Notes under the pieces: model-generated
The model's database searches: none
What the model was told of the DNA's origin: nothing
Seen by the model: the letters and a program-made list of their open reading frames with translations, nothing else
Shown here: piece after piece, positions 19,806 through 30,496 of the stretch
How positions within the stretch are numbered: the stretch's first letter is position 1
Layout: the number at the start of each line of letters is the position of its first letter
Origin: an uncultured Chloroflexia bacterium
GTDB taxonomy: Bacteria; Chloroflexota; Limnocylindria; Limnocylindrales; CSP1-4
Length of the DNA stretch: 64,000 nucleotides
Assembly (NCBI GenBank): GCA_963728745.1
Contig: CAVSKY010000006.1
Location: 517,015 to 581,014, forward strand
Reading direction: 5' to 3'
Position numbers and translations under genes: made by a program

Positions 19806-20563
19806 GTGCGGGGGCGCTCGATCGGCGGCGCGAGCCGTCCGGCTGCGTCGTCGTCGCGGGCGAGCTCGGCGGCACGCAGCAGCGACGGGACGGTACCGGC
19901 ATCCGTCCAGTGGCCCTCGTATACGCGGGTGAACAGCCGCCCCTCGGGGATGTAGTGGTTCAGCACATCGGTGATCTCGAACTCGCCGCGGCCGGACGGC
20001 GCGAGTCGATCGATGACGCCGAACGCGTCGGGCCGCAGGAAGTACACCCCGATCGGGATGAGGTCGCTCTTGGGATGCTCGGGCTTCTCCTCGAAGCCGA
20101 CCACCTTGCCCTCGGCGTCCAGCTCGGCGACCCCGAAACGCTGCGGATCCTGCACGCGGTAGAGGAGCGTGCCCGCGCCGTGGTCGCTTGCCTCGAACTC
20201 CGTGGCGATGTCCGCCAGGGCCGGTCCGCGCAGGATGTTGTCACCGAGCACGCAGCAGAAGGCATCCGCGCCGACGAAGTCGCGCGCAAGGCCGATCCCG
20301 TGCGCGATGCCATAGGCGCCTGCCTGGTAGCGGTAGGTCAGGTCAAGGCCGAAGTGGGACCCGTCGCCGAGCAGCTCCACGACGTCGCCGACGCTCTTGC
20401 CACCGACGACGACCATCACCTCGCGGACGCCCATGCCGGCCAAAGTCTCGATCGGGTAATAGATCATCGGCCGGTCGTAGATGGGCAGCAGGTGCTTGTT
20501 CGTGACGATGGTCAGCGGGAACAGCCGGGTCGCCGTCCCGCCGGCAAGCACGATGCCCTTCAT
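19802..20563 (-). CDS. rfbA: Glucose-1-phosphate thymidylyltransferase (short form)
   Basis: MKGIVLAGGTATRLFPLT…: nucleotidyltransferase G-rich loop. It is the first gene of the rmlA-B-D-C string. Confidence 0.9.
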   Translation of the reverse strand: MKGIVLAGGTATRLFPLTIVTNKHLLPIYDRPMIYYPIETLAGMGVREVMVVVGGKSVGDVVELLGDGSHFGLDLTYRYQAGAYGIAHGIGLARDFVGADAFCCVLGDNILRGPALADIATEFEASDHGAGTLLYRVQDPQRFGVAELDAEGKVVGFEEKPEHPKSDLIPIGVYFLRPDAFGVIDRLAPSGRGEFEITDVLNHYIPEGRLFTRVYEGHWTDAGTVPSLLRAAELARDDDAAGRLAPPIERPRT

Positions 20564-20603
20564 GGCCGCGAAGCGTAGCAGCCGGTGCGGTGCCGGCCTG
20601 GCG

Positions 20604-21569
20604 CTAGCGCGGTGATGCCGATGGTCGCGGCGATGGCGGGATGCAGGGCTGCTCCCCTTCGGGCAGCGTGCCGCCGTTCTCCGGATCGGTGCAGTCGATC
20701 GGCTGCTCCCCGAGCGGCGGCAGGCCGCCCTCGTAGTCGAGGATCACCAGCACGAACTCGAGCTTGTCGAAGTCGGCGGCCGGCTGCAGATACGCGGTCT
20801 GGACGACTGCGTTCGCGTCGCGCCGGATGTCGACCACCTGGCCGATCAGCAGACCCTTGGGATAGGGCGACCGGACGCCGCCGCCGAGCTCGATGCCGGC
20901 ACTGACCACTTCGTCGCCGAGCGAGATCTCCTCGCCGGAATCGATCTGCTCCATCACGAGGACGCCGCCGAGCTGGCCGACCACCTGACCGGTCGCGGCA
21001 TTCGATACCGTCTGGCCGATGACCGTGGATGTGCCATCGCTCAGCAGCACGGCGACTGCGCTGTCGGGCCCGACCTCGGTGACACGACCGGCAAGCGCGC
21101 CGCCGCCCGCAACGACGACATCACCGACGCTGATGCCGGCGGCCGTCCCCTTGTCGAGCGTCACGACCCGCCTGAACTCCGACGATTCGCGCGAGATCAC
21201 GTGCGCGGCCGCGGTCTGGAACTCGAACCCGGCGCGCAGCTGGAGCAGGTCGGTCAGGAGCGCGTTCTCACGGGCGATCTCCTGGAGCCGGGTGTTCTCG
21301 TTGAGCAGTCGCTCGTTGTCGGCGCGCAGGGATCCGTTGTCGACGCGCAGGCGATCGATCTCGGCGATCGAGGCGCCGATCGAAGCTACCCCGCTGGCAA
21401 CGCCGCTGAGCGCGCCCTGGATCGGCCGGAACGCGAAGCCGACGCCGCTCTGGAGCTCGCGGACGAGCGGATTGGACGACACGGCCATGAGGAGCAGGCA
21501 GGCGGCAACGAGCACACCGAAGGCGATGGTGCGGCGGCGGGCGTTGCGGTCGGTCGCGATGGTTGCCAT
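20604..21569 (-). CDS. mreC: Rod shape-determining protein MreC
   Basis: N-terminal TM segment, coiled-coil (RLRVDNGSLRADNERLLNENTRLQE), then the MreC beta-domain. Position is immediately after mreB. Confidence 0.8.
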   Translation of the reverse strand: MATIATDRNARRRTIAFGVLVAACLLLMAVSSNPLVRELQSGVGFAFRPIQGALSGVASGVASIGASIAEIDRLRVDNGSLRADNERLLNENTRLQEIARENALLTDLLQLRAGFEFQTAAAHVISRESSEFRRVVTLDKGTAAGISVGDVVVAGGGALAGRVTEVGPDSAVAVLLSDGTSTVIGQTVSNAATGQVVGQLGGVLVMEQIDSGEEISLGDEVVSAGIELGGGVRSPYPKGLLIGQVVDIRRDANAVVQTAYLQPAADFDKLEFVLVILDYEGGLPPLGEQPIDCTDPENGGTLPEGEQPCIPPSPRPSASPR

Positions 21570-21618
21570 GTCGAAGGTCGATCATCCGACCGGCGGTCAA
21601 GCGCCGGTCATCGTCTCG

Positions 21619-22671
21619 TCAGCGCGGTGGCCTGGAGTACGTCTCGGCGACGAGCACGCGATCCATCGCGTCGAGCTCCTCGAGGACGACACCGGTCCCG
21701 CGGGCCACGCACGTGAGCGGGTCGTCTGCGATGTGGACGGGCATCTGGGTCGCCTCGGCGATGCGTCGGTCCAAGCCGGCCAGCAACGCACCGCCACCTG
21801 CCACGACGATGCCCTGGTCCATGATGTCGGCGACCAGCTCGGGCGGGGTCTCCTCGATGGTGTCCTTGACCGTGTCGATGATCTGCGCGACCGATGGCTC
21901 GATCGCCTCGCGGATCTGGTCCGCGCCGACCTCGACGCTGCGCGGCAGCCCGGTCAGCAGGTCGCGCCCACGAAGCGTGACGCGCTGCGCGTCCCACTCA
22001 CCCGGATACGACGACCCGATCGCGATCTTGATGTCCTCTGCCGTTCGCTCGCCTAGGAAGAGGTTGTATTCGCGTCGGGCGAACGTGACGATGTCCTGGT
22101 CCATCTCGTCACCACCGATCCGGATCGACCGACTCACGACGATGCCGCCGAGCGAGATGACCGCCACCTCCGTCGTCCCGCCGCCGATGTCGACGATGAG
22201 GCTGCCCGACGGCTCGCTGACCGGCAGGCCGGCGCCGATCGCGGCGGCCATCGGCTCCTCGATCAGGCGTGCCCAACGCGCCCCGGCGTTGAGCGCCGCG
22301 TCGCGCACGGCACGCTTCTCCACCTCGGTCACGCCCGAGGGGATGCCGAGCAGCATCCGCGGCCGCGGGATGAGCCCGACCCGATCGTGCACCCGGTTCA
22401 CGAAGTACTTGATCATCTGCTCGGTGACGTCGAAGTCGCTGATCACGCCATCGCGCAGTGGGCGGACCGCGATGATGTTGGCGGGGGTCCGGCCGACCAT
22501 CCGCTTCGCCTCGGCCCCGATCGCCAAAACGCGCTTGGTCTTGGCGTCGATCGCGACCACCGACGGCTCGCTCATCACGATCCCGCGATCGCGGACGTGG
22601 ACCAGCGTGTTGGCCGTTCCCAGGTCGATGCCGATGTCACGTGAGAAGAGGCCGAGCAGGCGGTCGAGCAT
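21619..22671 (-). CDS. mreB: Rod shape-determining protein MreB (actin homologue)
   Basis: DIGIDLGTANTLV…DIGGGTTEVAVISLGGIV… ATP-binding motifs. Start MLDRLLG at ~22671 (ORF-track 22809). Confidence 0.9.
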   Translation of the reverse strand: MLDRLLGLFSRDIGIDLGTANTLVHVRDRGIVMSEPSVVAIDAKTKRVLAIGAEAKRMVGRTPANIIAVRPLRDGVISDFDVTEQMIKYFVNRVHDRVGLIPRPRMLLGIPSGVTEVEKRAVRDAALNAGARWARLIEEPMAAAIGAGLPVSEPSGSLIVDIGGGTTEVAVISLGGIVVSRSIRIGGDEMDQDIVTFARREYNLFLGERTAEDIKIAIGSSYPGEWDAQRVTLRGRDLLTGLPRSVEVGADQIREAIEPSVAQIIDTVKDTIEETPPELVADIMDQGIVVAGGGALLAGLDRRIAEATQMPVHIADDPLTCVARGTGVVLEELDAMDRVLVAETYSRPPR

Positions 22672-22832
22672 GGGCGGGGGAGGGTCCTCGTGGGTAGCGG
22701 TGGGATCGGGCGTGACGAGGGCCGGGATCGTGGCCGCGTCGCATAGCGCCGGAATGATCGGAGTCAGGGCCAGATTGGGCCCGCGCAGTCTACCAGAGGC
22801 TCCCCGCACGGCCGGTCGGAGACTATGGTCCG

Positions 22833-23660
22833 TCAGGCCCGCCCCGTCGCCGGCGCGTCGAAGGACACGCCGCGGTCGCGGAGCGAGACGTACGCGTCAT
22901 GCCCGATCACGAGATGGTCGAGCAGCGTGATATCCAGGAGCCGCCCGGCGGCCAGCGCCTCGGCGGTCAGGTGGAGATCGTCCGGCGATGGCGTGGGGTC
23001 GCCGCTCGGGTGGTTGTGGACGAGGATGATGCCGGCGCCATTGAGACGGACGGCGTCGCGGAACAGCTCGCCGACGCGGACCAGCGATGCCGACACGTTG
23101 CCCTGGTACACGGTCGACACCCGCAGCACGTGGTTCTTCGTGTCGAGGATCACGACGCGCAGCTCCTCGCGCTCCAGGCCGCCCATCTGCAGGATCAACC
23201 GGTCCGCGATATCGCGTGGCCCACGGATCGCCCAGCGTGCGCTGGGCCAATCGGCCAGCAGGCGACGGCCCAGCTCGAAAGCGGCGACCAGCTGGGCCGC
23301 TTTCACGACACCGATGCCGGGGAGCGCGGCGAGTTCGACGTCGGTCGCCCGCGCGAGGCCGGCCAGCCCGTCATGCGCGGCGAGCGCATCGGTCGCGATA
23401 TCGACCGCCGAGCGTCCGCGGACGCCGCTCCCCCACAGCAGCGCGATCAACTCCGCGGTCGTGAGCCCACCGGCGCCCCGCAAGGCGAGCCGCTCGCGGG
23501 GCCGCTCTTCGGCGGGTAGCTCGCGGATGGCATGACCGTCACCGGGCGCCGCGACACGCTGGACCACGATCACGGCCTCCCGCTGCGATGGGTGGGAGTC
23601 CTCGCGGCCCGGGTGATGGAAGCCCGCCGATTCCTCCCGCCATCCGGACCCCGAGGACAT
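22833..23660 (-). CDS. radC: RadC-family JAB/MPN domain protein (UPF0758)
   Basis: HHH N-terminus (TAELIALLWGSGVRGRSAVDIATDAL) and JAMM motif HNHPSGDPTPSPDD. Conserved radC-mreB-mreC synteny. Confidence 0.8.
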   Translation of the reverse strand: MSSGSGWREESAGFHHPGREDSHPSQREAVIVVQRVAAPGDGHAIRELPAEERPRERLALRGAGGLTTAELIALLWGSGVRGRSAVDIATDALAAHDGLAGLARATDVELAALPGIGVVKAAQLVAAFELGRRLLADWPSARWAIRGPRDIADRLILQMGGLEREELRVVILDTKNHVLRVSTVYQGNVSASLVRVGELFRDAVRLNGAGIILVHNHPSGDPTPSPDDLHLTAEALAAGRLLDITLLDHLVIGHDAYVSLRDRGVSFDAPATGRA

Positions 23661-23728
23661 GGCGGAGCCTATCCAGCGACGCTCATCGGGCACTCATCGC
23701 GTGCTTGGTCGAGGCTTAGTCGCTGGCC

Positions 23729-24721
23729 TCAGACCGGCGCCGGCGCGCCCGGGCGCACGACTTCGGCAAGCAACAACAGGGTCGTGTTGAACGCGGCATG
23801 CAGCCCGAGCGGGACCCAGATGGACTTGTAGCGCACGAATAGCCAGGTCAGGATCAGCGACACCGGGATCCGCGCCACGAAGGCGGCGAAGGCCAACGCG
23901 ATCGCCGGTCCGGCCGACGTCCCGCCGATGGTCAGGACATGCGCGAAGGCGAAGAACAGCGCCGCCCGGACGAGGCCGCGACGCTCCCCCATGCCCCGCA
24001 CCCAAGCGGTCGTCGCCAACCCACGGAACATGAGTTCCTCGCCGATCGGGGCGACGATCGCGCCAGCGGCGAGGTTGATCAGGATCCCGCCAGGCTCGCC
24101 GGTCGGCGGGAGCGGGCTCGTCGGCACGACGGGCAGGACCATCGAAAGGACGATCGCGACCGGGATCGTGGCGAGGACCGCGGCACCCGCCCACATGGCA
24201 CCCGCCCCGAGCTCACGGAGCGCGCGCACGTCCGGCCGGCGGATGCCCATGTCGGCCCACGACAGCGCCCCCGTGTCGACGACGAGGAGCCGGATGAGGC
24301 CGATATACACGAGCGCCTGGACGACGACCGAGGCCAGGCGCGCGATCGGCGCATCGGTCGGGATGCCGATCGCGTCGAACCCGAACCCGACAAGCGCGAC
24401 GCCCAGGAACGCGACCGGGATAGCCGCCGTGAAGAGCAGGAACGGCGAGGGGCCGCTGTACCGCGAGGCGCCACGCGACCGTCGTTCGATCGCCTGGCCG
24501 CCGGCACCCGTGACCAGCCCGATCGACAGGACGACCACCCCGCCGAGGAGCAGCAACTCGCGCGGCTGTCCGGCACCGGACATGAAGGCGACGACGGTCA
24601 CACCGAGGCCGACCAGCGTCGCCAGCCAGCCGAGGACGAACAGACCCGGCGCCGCGCGCCCCTCGATCGTGAATGTCGATGCGCCCGGCCGATCGGGGCG
24701 GTCGGGAGCTGGGTCGGTCAA
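23729..24721 (-). CDS. CPBP family intramembrane glutamic endopeptidase (CAAX protease-like)
   Basis: Multi-TM protein with the EELMFRG and FAFAH motifs of Abi/CPBP. Confidence 0.75.
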   Translation of the reverse strand: MTDPAPDRPDRPGASTFTIEGRAAPGLFVLGWLATLVGLGVTVVAFMSGAGQPRELLLLGGVVVLSIGLVTGAGGQAIERRSRGASRYSGPSPFLLFTAAIPVAFLGVALVGFGFDAIGIPTDAPIARLASVVVQALVYIGLIRLLVVDTGALSWADMGIRRPDVRALRELGAGAMWAGAAVLATIPVAIVLSMVLPVVPTSPLPPTGEPGGILINLAAGAIVAPIGEELMFRGLATTAWVRGMGERRGLVRAALFFAFAHVLTIGGTSAGPAIALAFAAFVARIPVSLILTWLFVRYKSIWVPLGLHAAFNTTLLLLAEVVRPGAPAPV

Positions 24722-25383
24722 CGCTCGGGCAGCGGGTCCTGGGCGGCCGTCGTGCGCGACTGGCGCGAACCGCCACGCGACCGGACGGACTGCTGGATCG
24801 CAGCCGGGATGGCTTCTCTCGAACCACCGGCCTGGGCCGCGATCCGGCCGGTCGCCTCATGGCCGGACGGCAACGGCTGGATCATGCCGGCCGGAACGAC
24901 GTCACGCCGCTCGAAGTCCTTCCCGCACCACGCGCACAGCGACCAGTCGAGCCCGACGAGCCGTGAACAGTTCGGGCACACGCGGTTGAGGCGCGTCCGG
25001 CATGACGGGCAGATGATCCATTCCTCGTCGACGCGCCGCTCGCAGGTCGGACAGTGGCGCACCGCCTCGACCTCGTTGAGCAGGGCCTCCTCGGCGAGGT
25101 TCCGCTCCCAGACCTCGCCGACCTTCTCGTGTGGCCGGACGATCTTGTAGACCCAGATCGCGAAGACGAACAGGAACGGGGTGAACAGGATGATCCCGGC
25201 CGCGACGAGGTACGGCAGGATCGCGTTGTCCGAGCGCTGCTGCATGTCCCGGAACGCCCAGTAGGCCGAGGCGATCCACAGGATCACGAGGTAGATGAAG
25301 ATCAGCCGGACGCCCACCTGGACGACCGGGCTCCCGACGATATCGCCGATGGTCTTGCCGATGCTGTCGAGGATCTCAGGCAT
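24718..25383 (-). CDS. Membrane protein with C-terminal double zinc-ribbon (CPTC…CPSC…CPNC…CAWC)
   Basis: Two N-terminal TM helices, then a four-CxxC cytoplasmic domain. Start overlaps the CPBP stop. Confidence 0.55.
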   Translation of the reverse strand: MPEILDSIGKTIGDIVGSPVVQVGVRLIFIYLVILWIASAYWAFRDMQQRSDNAILPYLVAAGIILFTPFLFVFAIWVYKIVRPHEKVGEVWERNLAEEALLNEVEAVRHCPTCERRVDEEWIICPSCRTRLNRVCPNCSRLVGLDWSLCAWCGKDFERRDVVPAGMIQPLPSGHEATGRIAAQAGGSREAIPAAIQQSVRSRGGSRQSRTTAAQDPLPER

Positions 25384-25496
25384 CCGCGTTCCGCTGATCC
25401 ATGCCGGTGGGCCGCCTCCGGAGTATTAGTCGGTGGGCAGTGTAGCAGGGGTCCCCGGCCCCACCCCCCGCCACCGTCTCCCGCGGGTGACCCGGT

Positions 25497-26558
25497 TCAG
25501 ACGGCGCGATCGAGCCGCCCGTGACGGTCGGTGATGAGCGCGAGCAGGCCGGCAACCGTGAGCGCGACGGCGCCGATCGCGGCGATCACCGCACCCGGTC
25601 CGGTGCCCGGCAGGGCGAAGACGTACGGCCACACCAGCCCCAGCAAGTAGGCCCCGGCGCCCAGACCGATGAGACCCGTGCGGATCCAGACCGGGATCGG
25701 GTTCTTGATCAACGTCGTCGCGAGGATCGCGAGCATCGCGAACGCGACGAAGAGGTGGCCGGGGCCCGAAAGCCCCCAGCGATCGAAGTAGCCGACGCCC
25801 GCGGAGCCGATCACGACCAGACCCCACGGCAGCAGGAAGCCGACGGCGCCGAAGGCCGCTCCGGCCACCGACAGCCAGCCGACGAACTCGGCGAAGCGCG
25901 CCTGCCGGTCCGGGGCGGTCGCGGACGCCGCAACGACAGCGCCGGTCGGTGTGTCGACAGGCCCGCTCTCGACCGGCGGGTGGCCGGCCCATTCTCGAGC
26001 CGGTGCCGGCGGACCGGCGGGGAGCGTCACCACGGGCATCGGGGGCACGTACGCACCGGGCTCCGCGAACGACGGGCTCGCGACCGGGGCCGCCCCACGC
26101 GGCGGTCGGGGCATGTACGCCGGGGTCCGGGTGGCACCAAGTCCCGCTGTCCCGACCGCCCAGGCCGGGCCAGCGGTCGATGACGATCCATCGTGGCCGT
26201 CGATCGAGGCCGCGTCGACGTCATCGCCGTCGTCGGCTGCGAGGCCGTCGGCGGCGACACCGACCTCACCTGGGCCGTGCGTGGCGGACGCGGCCCACGG
26301 CAGCTCCGACTCGGGGTCGCGGGCCACGGGATCGGTGTGCGGGAGCTCATGGGCGAGCTGACCATCGACGACCGCCGCGCTGGGGCCAGCCCCGGCGTCG
26401 TACAGCACGTCAGGCACCGCGGATCGGGCGAGCGACGTCGATGAGGATCGGCGGCTGCCCGCTACGGAAGCCAGGAGCTCGCCGCACGACGGGCACGACA
26501 AACGTCCGTACGGGACCTCGTTCGTGCAAGATCCGCAGACGATCGACTGCGCCGTCAT
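25497..26558 (-). CDS. Zinc-ribbon (CGSC…CPSC) N-terminal domain protein with a Pro/Ala-rich linker and a C-terminal 4-TM domain
   Basis: MTAQSIVCGSCTNEVPYGRLSCPSCGELL…, then C-terminal hydrophobic helices. Confidence 0.55.
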   Translation of the reverse strand: MTAQSIVCGSCTNEVPYGRLSCPSCGELLASVAGSRRSSSTSLARSAVPDVLYDAGAGPSAAVVDGQLAHELPHTDPVARDPESELPWAASATHGPGEVGVAADGLAADDGDDVDAASIDGHDGSSSTAGPAWAVGTAGLGATRTPAYMPRPPRGAAPVASPSFAEPGAYVPPMPVVTLPAGPPAPAREWAGHPPVESGPVDTPTGAVVAASATAPDRQARFAEFVGWLSVAGAAFGAVGFLLPWGLVVIGSAGVGYFDRWGLSGPGHLFVAFAMLAILATTLIKNPIPVWIRTGLIGLGAGAYLLGLVWPYVFALPGTGPGAVIAAIGAVALTVAGLLALITDRHGRLDRAV

Positions 26559-26633
26559 CCATCACCTCGTGTTTGCATCGACCCTCCCCGCGGGCCGAAG
26601 GTGGCTCAGGGTGACAGAGGGGGTACGGCCGTT

Positions 26634-27590
26634 CTAGTCCCCCGACCGGATGCCGCCGACTCCCCCGAACGTCCCGTCCATCCCCGGGACCGTAGCCACG
26701 GTCCAGATGGCGATCCGCCACGCGCTCGTGAGCCCGACCAGGACCAGGCCGCCGACAAAGAGCGCAACGAAGACCACGAGCGTGGCCGTGGTCGTGATCG
26801 ACGCGTCACCGCTCGCGAACCCCGACCGCAGCTGATCCAGCGCGGCGACGGCGGCGAGGCCGGTCACGGCGAGCACCACGAGCAGCACGAACGTCGCGAG
26901 CACGGTGAGCAGGCTCGGTCGGACCGGCGATCGCAGGAACCGCCCCAGCGCACCACGGAGCGCCGCGCGGCCCGGCTCGCCGGCGAGCACGACCCGACGG
27001 GCGGCCAACGCCCCGACCGTCTCACCCACGAGCCACGTCAGCACGATCCCGATCACCGCATCCGGTGCGCCGGCCGCCATCCGCCACGCGGCAGGGACCG
27101 TGACGTCCGATGGGACCGTCAGCTCGGCGTAGCCCACTGCCGCGAGCCGGGCAGCGCCCCACACGAGCGCGATCGCGAACGGAATGTGCGCCACGAGCCG
27201 CAGCGCAGCGACCCGCCACGCCGTTCGCAACGTATCGGTGGCCAGCAGGTTCGCGCGAAATGCCGCTTCCGGGTCGAGCGCCAATCGACGGATCGCTTCG
27301 ACTTCTGCGGCGGCCGCCACGACGCCGCCCCCGACCAACCACGCCAGCGTCCCGCCCAGCACGAGCGCGACCAGCGTGATCAGCTCTCCGGTTCGGCGGC
27401 CGAACGCGACGTCCTCGAGCAGCGGCGCGGCGACGTTGGCCAGGCCGACGGCGGTCGGCAGCACGACGATCGGGGCGACGATCAGCAGCCATCCACCGCG
27501 GATCAGGAACGCGGCCAACGCCAGCGGCCAGGTCGACGGACGGTCGAGGACTGCCAGGAGCGAGGCGGCCAGCGTCGCCCCGATCGTCAC
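26634..27590 (-). CDS. Polytopic membrane protein, hypothetical
   Basis: The ORF-track call (to 27719) overlaps the next ORF. Likely start at a GTG near 27590 (VTIGATLAASLLAV). At least six hydrophobic helices. Confidence 0.45.
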   Translation of the reverse strand: MTIGATLAASLLAVLDRPSTWPLALAAFLIRGGWLLIVAPIVVLPTAVGLANVAAPLLEDVAFGRRTGELITLVALVLGGTLAWLVGGGVVAAAAEVEAIRRLALDPEAAFRANLLATDTLRTAWRVAALRLVAHIPFAIALVWGAARLAAVGYAELTVPSDVTVPAAWRMAAGAPDAVIGIVLTWLVGETVGALAARRVVLAGEPGRAALRGALGRFLRSPVRPSLLTVLATFVLLVVLAVTGLAAVAALDQLRSGFASGDASITTTATLVVFVALFVGGLVLVGLTSAWRIAIWTVATVPGMDGTFGGVGGIRSGD

Positions 27591-28039
27591 CGCCCCAGGC
27601 GCTCCACGGCACGACGGAACGCAGCCAGCACGGTCTCCGCCAGCTCGTTCGGGCGCATCGCGGCGGCGCGCGCCGGCTCGAACCGGAATGCTGCCCGGAC
27701 CGCGAGGGGTGCGCGCCATGGCCGCGCGGGATCCTCGGGCGTGACCAGGCTGGCGACGCGCAGCTGGAGGCGCCCGGCGTCCTCGAGGATCAGTCCGGAC
27801 ATCGCACCGGCCAACGCCGGCCCCAGTCGGGCCAGCGGTGGCTCCGCCGGTGGACCTGCGGCTGACGCGACATCGCGAAACGAGACGACGCCCTCGTCAT
27901 CGGCCACCCACAGAAGCGTCATCCACCAGCCATCGGCCTCGGCCGGACGGGCCATGCCCGCGCGGAGCGCGCGGTCCCCGATCAGGATCTCGTGCTCACG
28001 CAGGAACGACGGTCCGGGCGGGGGGAGGCGATCGGGCAC
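27587..28039 (-). CDS. Hypothetical protein (150 aa)
   Basis: ORF with a normal amino-acid composition that fills the gap between two same-strand genes, with start/stop overlap to its neighbours. No recognised motif. Confidence 0.4.
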   Translation of the reverse strand: MPDRLPPPGPSFLREHEILIGDRALRAGMARPAEADGWWMTLLWVADDEGVVSFRDVASAAGPPAEPPLARLGPALAGAMSGLILEDAGRLQLRVASLVTPEDPARPWRAPLAVRAAFRFEPARAAAMRPNELAETVLAAFRRAVERLGR

Positions 28040-28066
28040 GGCCGCAAGTCTACGCGGCCGTCGGGT

Positions 28067-28597
28067 TCAGACCGGCTGACGGCCCTCGTCGGGGTGCGAG
28101 TCGGTGTCCATGGCGACGTCGGTGTCGCCACCTTCTGTCGTGCCCTCCACCTGCTCCTCGGCGACCGCGGTCGCCGCCACAGCTGGACTCAGGTCGGCTG
28201 CGCTGCCCTCGAAGCCGGCCTCCGCCAACAGTGCGTCGGCCTCGGCCTGGAGGTTGGCGACTTCGGCCTGGAGCTCGAGTCGCAGCATCTCGCGACGGAC
28301 GTCGAGGTCGGGCGGCGCCAGGGCGCCCGCCTCTGTCGCGCTCGGTGTGTCGTCCTGGTAGTCGCCGCTGATCCAGGACAGGAGCCGATTACGCGGTCGC
28401 GCGACCGGCGTCTTGGCGCGGACGATCGCAGCCGCATCGATGGCAGTCAGCCCGGGCAACGCAGGATCCGTCGCCGGGTCCACGGCAAGGGCGGCGCCGC
28501 ACGACGGGCAGGTGTCGGGATCGCCGGTGTAGTTGGCGGAGCACCACGGGCAGACGGAGACCGTGGACTCCGGCACGGGTTGCGTGTCGTCGACCAT
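28067..28597 (-). CDS. Zinc-ribbon protein with acidic coiled-coil C-terminus
   Basis: CPWCSANYTGDPDTCPSCGAAL, then EMLRLELQAEVANLQAEADALLAEAG. Confidence 0.5.
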   Translation of the reverse strand: MVDDTQPVPESTVSVCPWCSANYTGDPDTCPSCGAALAVDPATDPALPGLTAIDAAAIVRAKTPVARPRNRLLSWISGDYQDDTPSATEAGALAPPDLDVRREMLRLELQAEVANLQAEADALLAEAGFEGSAADLSPAVAATAVAEEQVEGTTEGGDTDVAMDTDSHPDEGRQPV

Positions 28598-28675
28598 GGA
28601 CCGAATGCTACCCCGCGACCCTTGCGCCGGAATACCCCATCGGTCCGGGGTCGGCGGAGTACCGCACTGGCGGGG

Positions 28676-30472
28676 CTATTCCCATTCGATGGTCGCCGGT
28701 GGCTTCGAGCTGATGTCGTAGACGACGCGGTTGACGCCCGGGACCTCGTTGACGATCCGGCTGCTGATCTTGGCGAGGACGTCGTAGGGCAGCTTTGCCC
28801 AGTCCGCGGTCATGCCGTCCTCGGACGTGACTGCGCGGATCGCCACAACGTTCGCGTATGTCCGGCCGTCGCCCATGACGCCGACCGAGCGGACCGGCGT
28901 AAGGATCGCGAACGACTGCCACAGGCTGCGGTACAGATTGGCTGCCTTGATCTCGTCGATGACGATCCAGTCGGCCTCGCGCAGCGTGTCCAGGCGCTCG
29001 GCCGTCACCTCGCCGATGATCCGGATCGCGAGGCCCGGGCCCGGGAACGGCTGGCGGAGGACCATCGCTTCCGGCAATCCCAGCTCTAGCCCGACCTTAC
29101 GAACCTCGTCCTTGAATAGATAGCGCAGCGGCTCGATGAGCTGGAAGCGCAGATCCGCCGGCAATCCACCAACGTTGTGGTGGGTCTTGATCTTCTGTGC
29201 CGCCTTCGTCTCGGCGGTGGCGCTTTCGATGACGTCGGGGTAGAGCGTCCCCTGCGTCAGGAAGTCGATCGCGCCGATCCGCGCCGCCTCCTCCTCGAAC
29301 ACGCGGATGAACTCGTCGCCGATGATCCGCCGTTTCTGCTCCGGGTCCTCGACCCCAGCCAGCCTGCGCAGGAAGCGATCGCGCGCGTCGACCATGACCA
29401 GCTGCATGCCGAGGTCGCGCTCGAAGGTCACGCGCAGGAGCTCGGATTCCTTCTTGCGCATCAACCCGTGATCGACGTAGATGCAGGTCAGCCGATCACC
29501 GACCGCACGATGGACCAGGGCCGCGGCGACCGCCGAATCCACGCCGCCCGACAGCGCGCAGATGACCTTCCCGTCCGAGCCGGTCTCGCGGGCGTGGCCG
29601 TCCACGCGGTCACGGATCCCGGCGACCGTCGTCTCGATGAAGTTCGCGGCCGTCCACGACGGCTCGATGCCGGCGATGCCCTCGATGAAGTTGCGGAGCA
29701 CGTCCTTGCCCCGCGGCGTGTGGGCGACCTCCGGGTGGAACTGGATGCCGTAGAGGTTCCGGTCGGGCGCCTCGAGCCCGGCGAACGGCGTCGAGTCGGT
29801 CTGGGCCGTCGATACGAAGCCCTCGGGCAGTCGGGTGATCGAGTCGCCGTGGCTCATCCAGACCGGCTGCTCGCGCTCCAGCCCGCGGAACAGACCGTCG
29901 GCCGTATCCAACTGGACGCTCGCCGGTCCGTACTCGCGCTTCCCGGCGGCGAGCACGTCGCCGCCGAGCTCGCTCGCCATCAGCTGCGCGCCGTAGCAGA
30001 TGCCGAGGACCGGGATCCGGCCGCTCCAGACCGCCGGATCCGGCTTGGGCGCCGACTCGTCATAGACGGAGTTCGGACCGCCGGACAGGATGACGGCCCT
30101 GGTCCCGCGTCGCTCGAGTTCGGCGAACGGGGTGTCGTGCGGCAGCAGCTCCGAGTAGACGTTGAGCTCGCGTACCCGGCGGGCGATCAGCTGGGCGAAT
30201 TGGCTACCGAAATCGAGGACGACGACCGGGCCGCTGGTGGCTGCCGCGCTATCGCCGGCCGATCGATCCGGGGCGGGAGCGTGGAGCGCGGTCTCGAGAT
30301 ACGCCTCGACCTCGGCGTCATCGGGTGCAAGGACCCGATGGCCGGCGTTGGCCAGCTCGCCATGGACGGTCTTCCCGCGCTCGCGCTTGCCGCGATCTGG
30401 CGATGCGGAGACGGCCGCCGATCGTGTCCGGCTTGACCCCTCGGTGTCCGCCAATGCCACCCTCCGCTGCAC
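28676..30472 (-). CDS. guaA: GMP synthase (glutamine-hydrolysing)
   Basis: GATase-1 ([21 protein letters not shown]…LGICYGAQL), ATP-PPase SGGVDS motif, and the C-terminal dimerisation domain ending IEWE. The true start may be an internal non-ATG codon, as the first ~80 aa are not conserved. Confidence 0.9.
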   Translation of the reverse strand: MQRRVALADTEGSSRTRSAAVSASPDRGKRERGKTVHGELANAGHRVLAPDDAEVEAYLETALHAPAPDRSAGDSAAATSGPVVVLDFGSQFAQLIARRVRELNVYSELLPHDTPFAELERRGTRAVILSGGPNSVYDESAPKPDPAVWSGRIPVLGICYGAQLMASELGGDVLAAGKREYGPASVQLDTADGLFRGLEREQPVWMSHGDSITRLPEGFVSTAQTDSTPFAGLEAPDRNLYGIQFHPEVAHTPRGKDVLRNFIEGIAGIEPSWTAANFIETTVAGIRDRVDGHARETGSDGKVICALSGGVDSAVAAALVHRAVGDRLTCIYVDHGLMRKKESELLRVTFERDLGMQLVMVDARDRFLRRLAGVEDPEQKRRIIGDEFIRVFEEEAARIGAIDFLTQGTLYPDVIESATAETKAAQKIKTHHNVGGLPADLRFQLIEPLRYLFKDEVRKVGLELGLPEAMVLRQPFPGPGLAIRIIGEVTAERLDTLREADWIVIDEIKAANLYRSLWQSFAILTPVRSVGVMGDGRTYANVVAIRAVTSEDGMTADWAKLPYDVLAKISSRIVNEVPGVNRVVYDISSKPPATIEWE

Positions 30473-30496
30473 CGACCCGCTGGGCGCAGTGTACCG

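Noticed and set aside
21563-22930. 455-aa plus-strand ORF antisense to mreB
   Set aside because: Ser/Arg-rich composition, no motifs. mreB on the opposite strand is unambiguous.
26601-28079. 492-aa plus-strand ORF
   Set aside because: Composed almost entirely of R/D/E/G/P: an antisense shadow of the membrane-protein genes.
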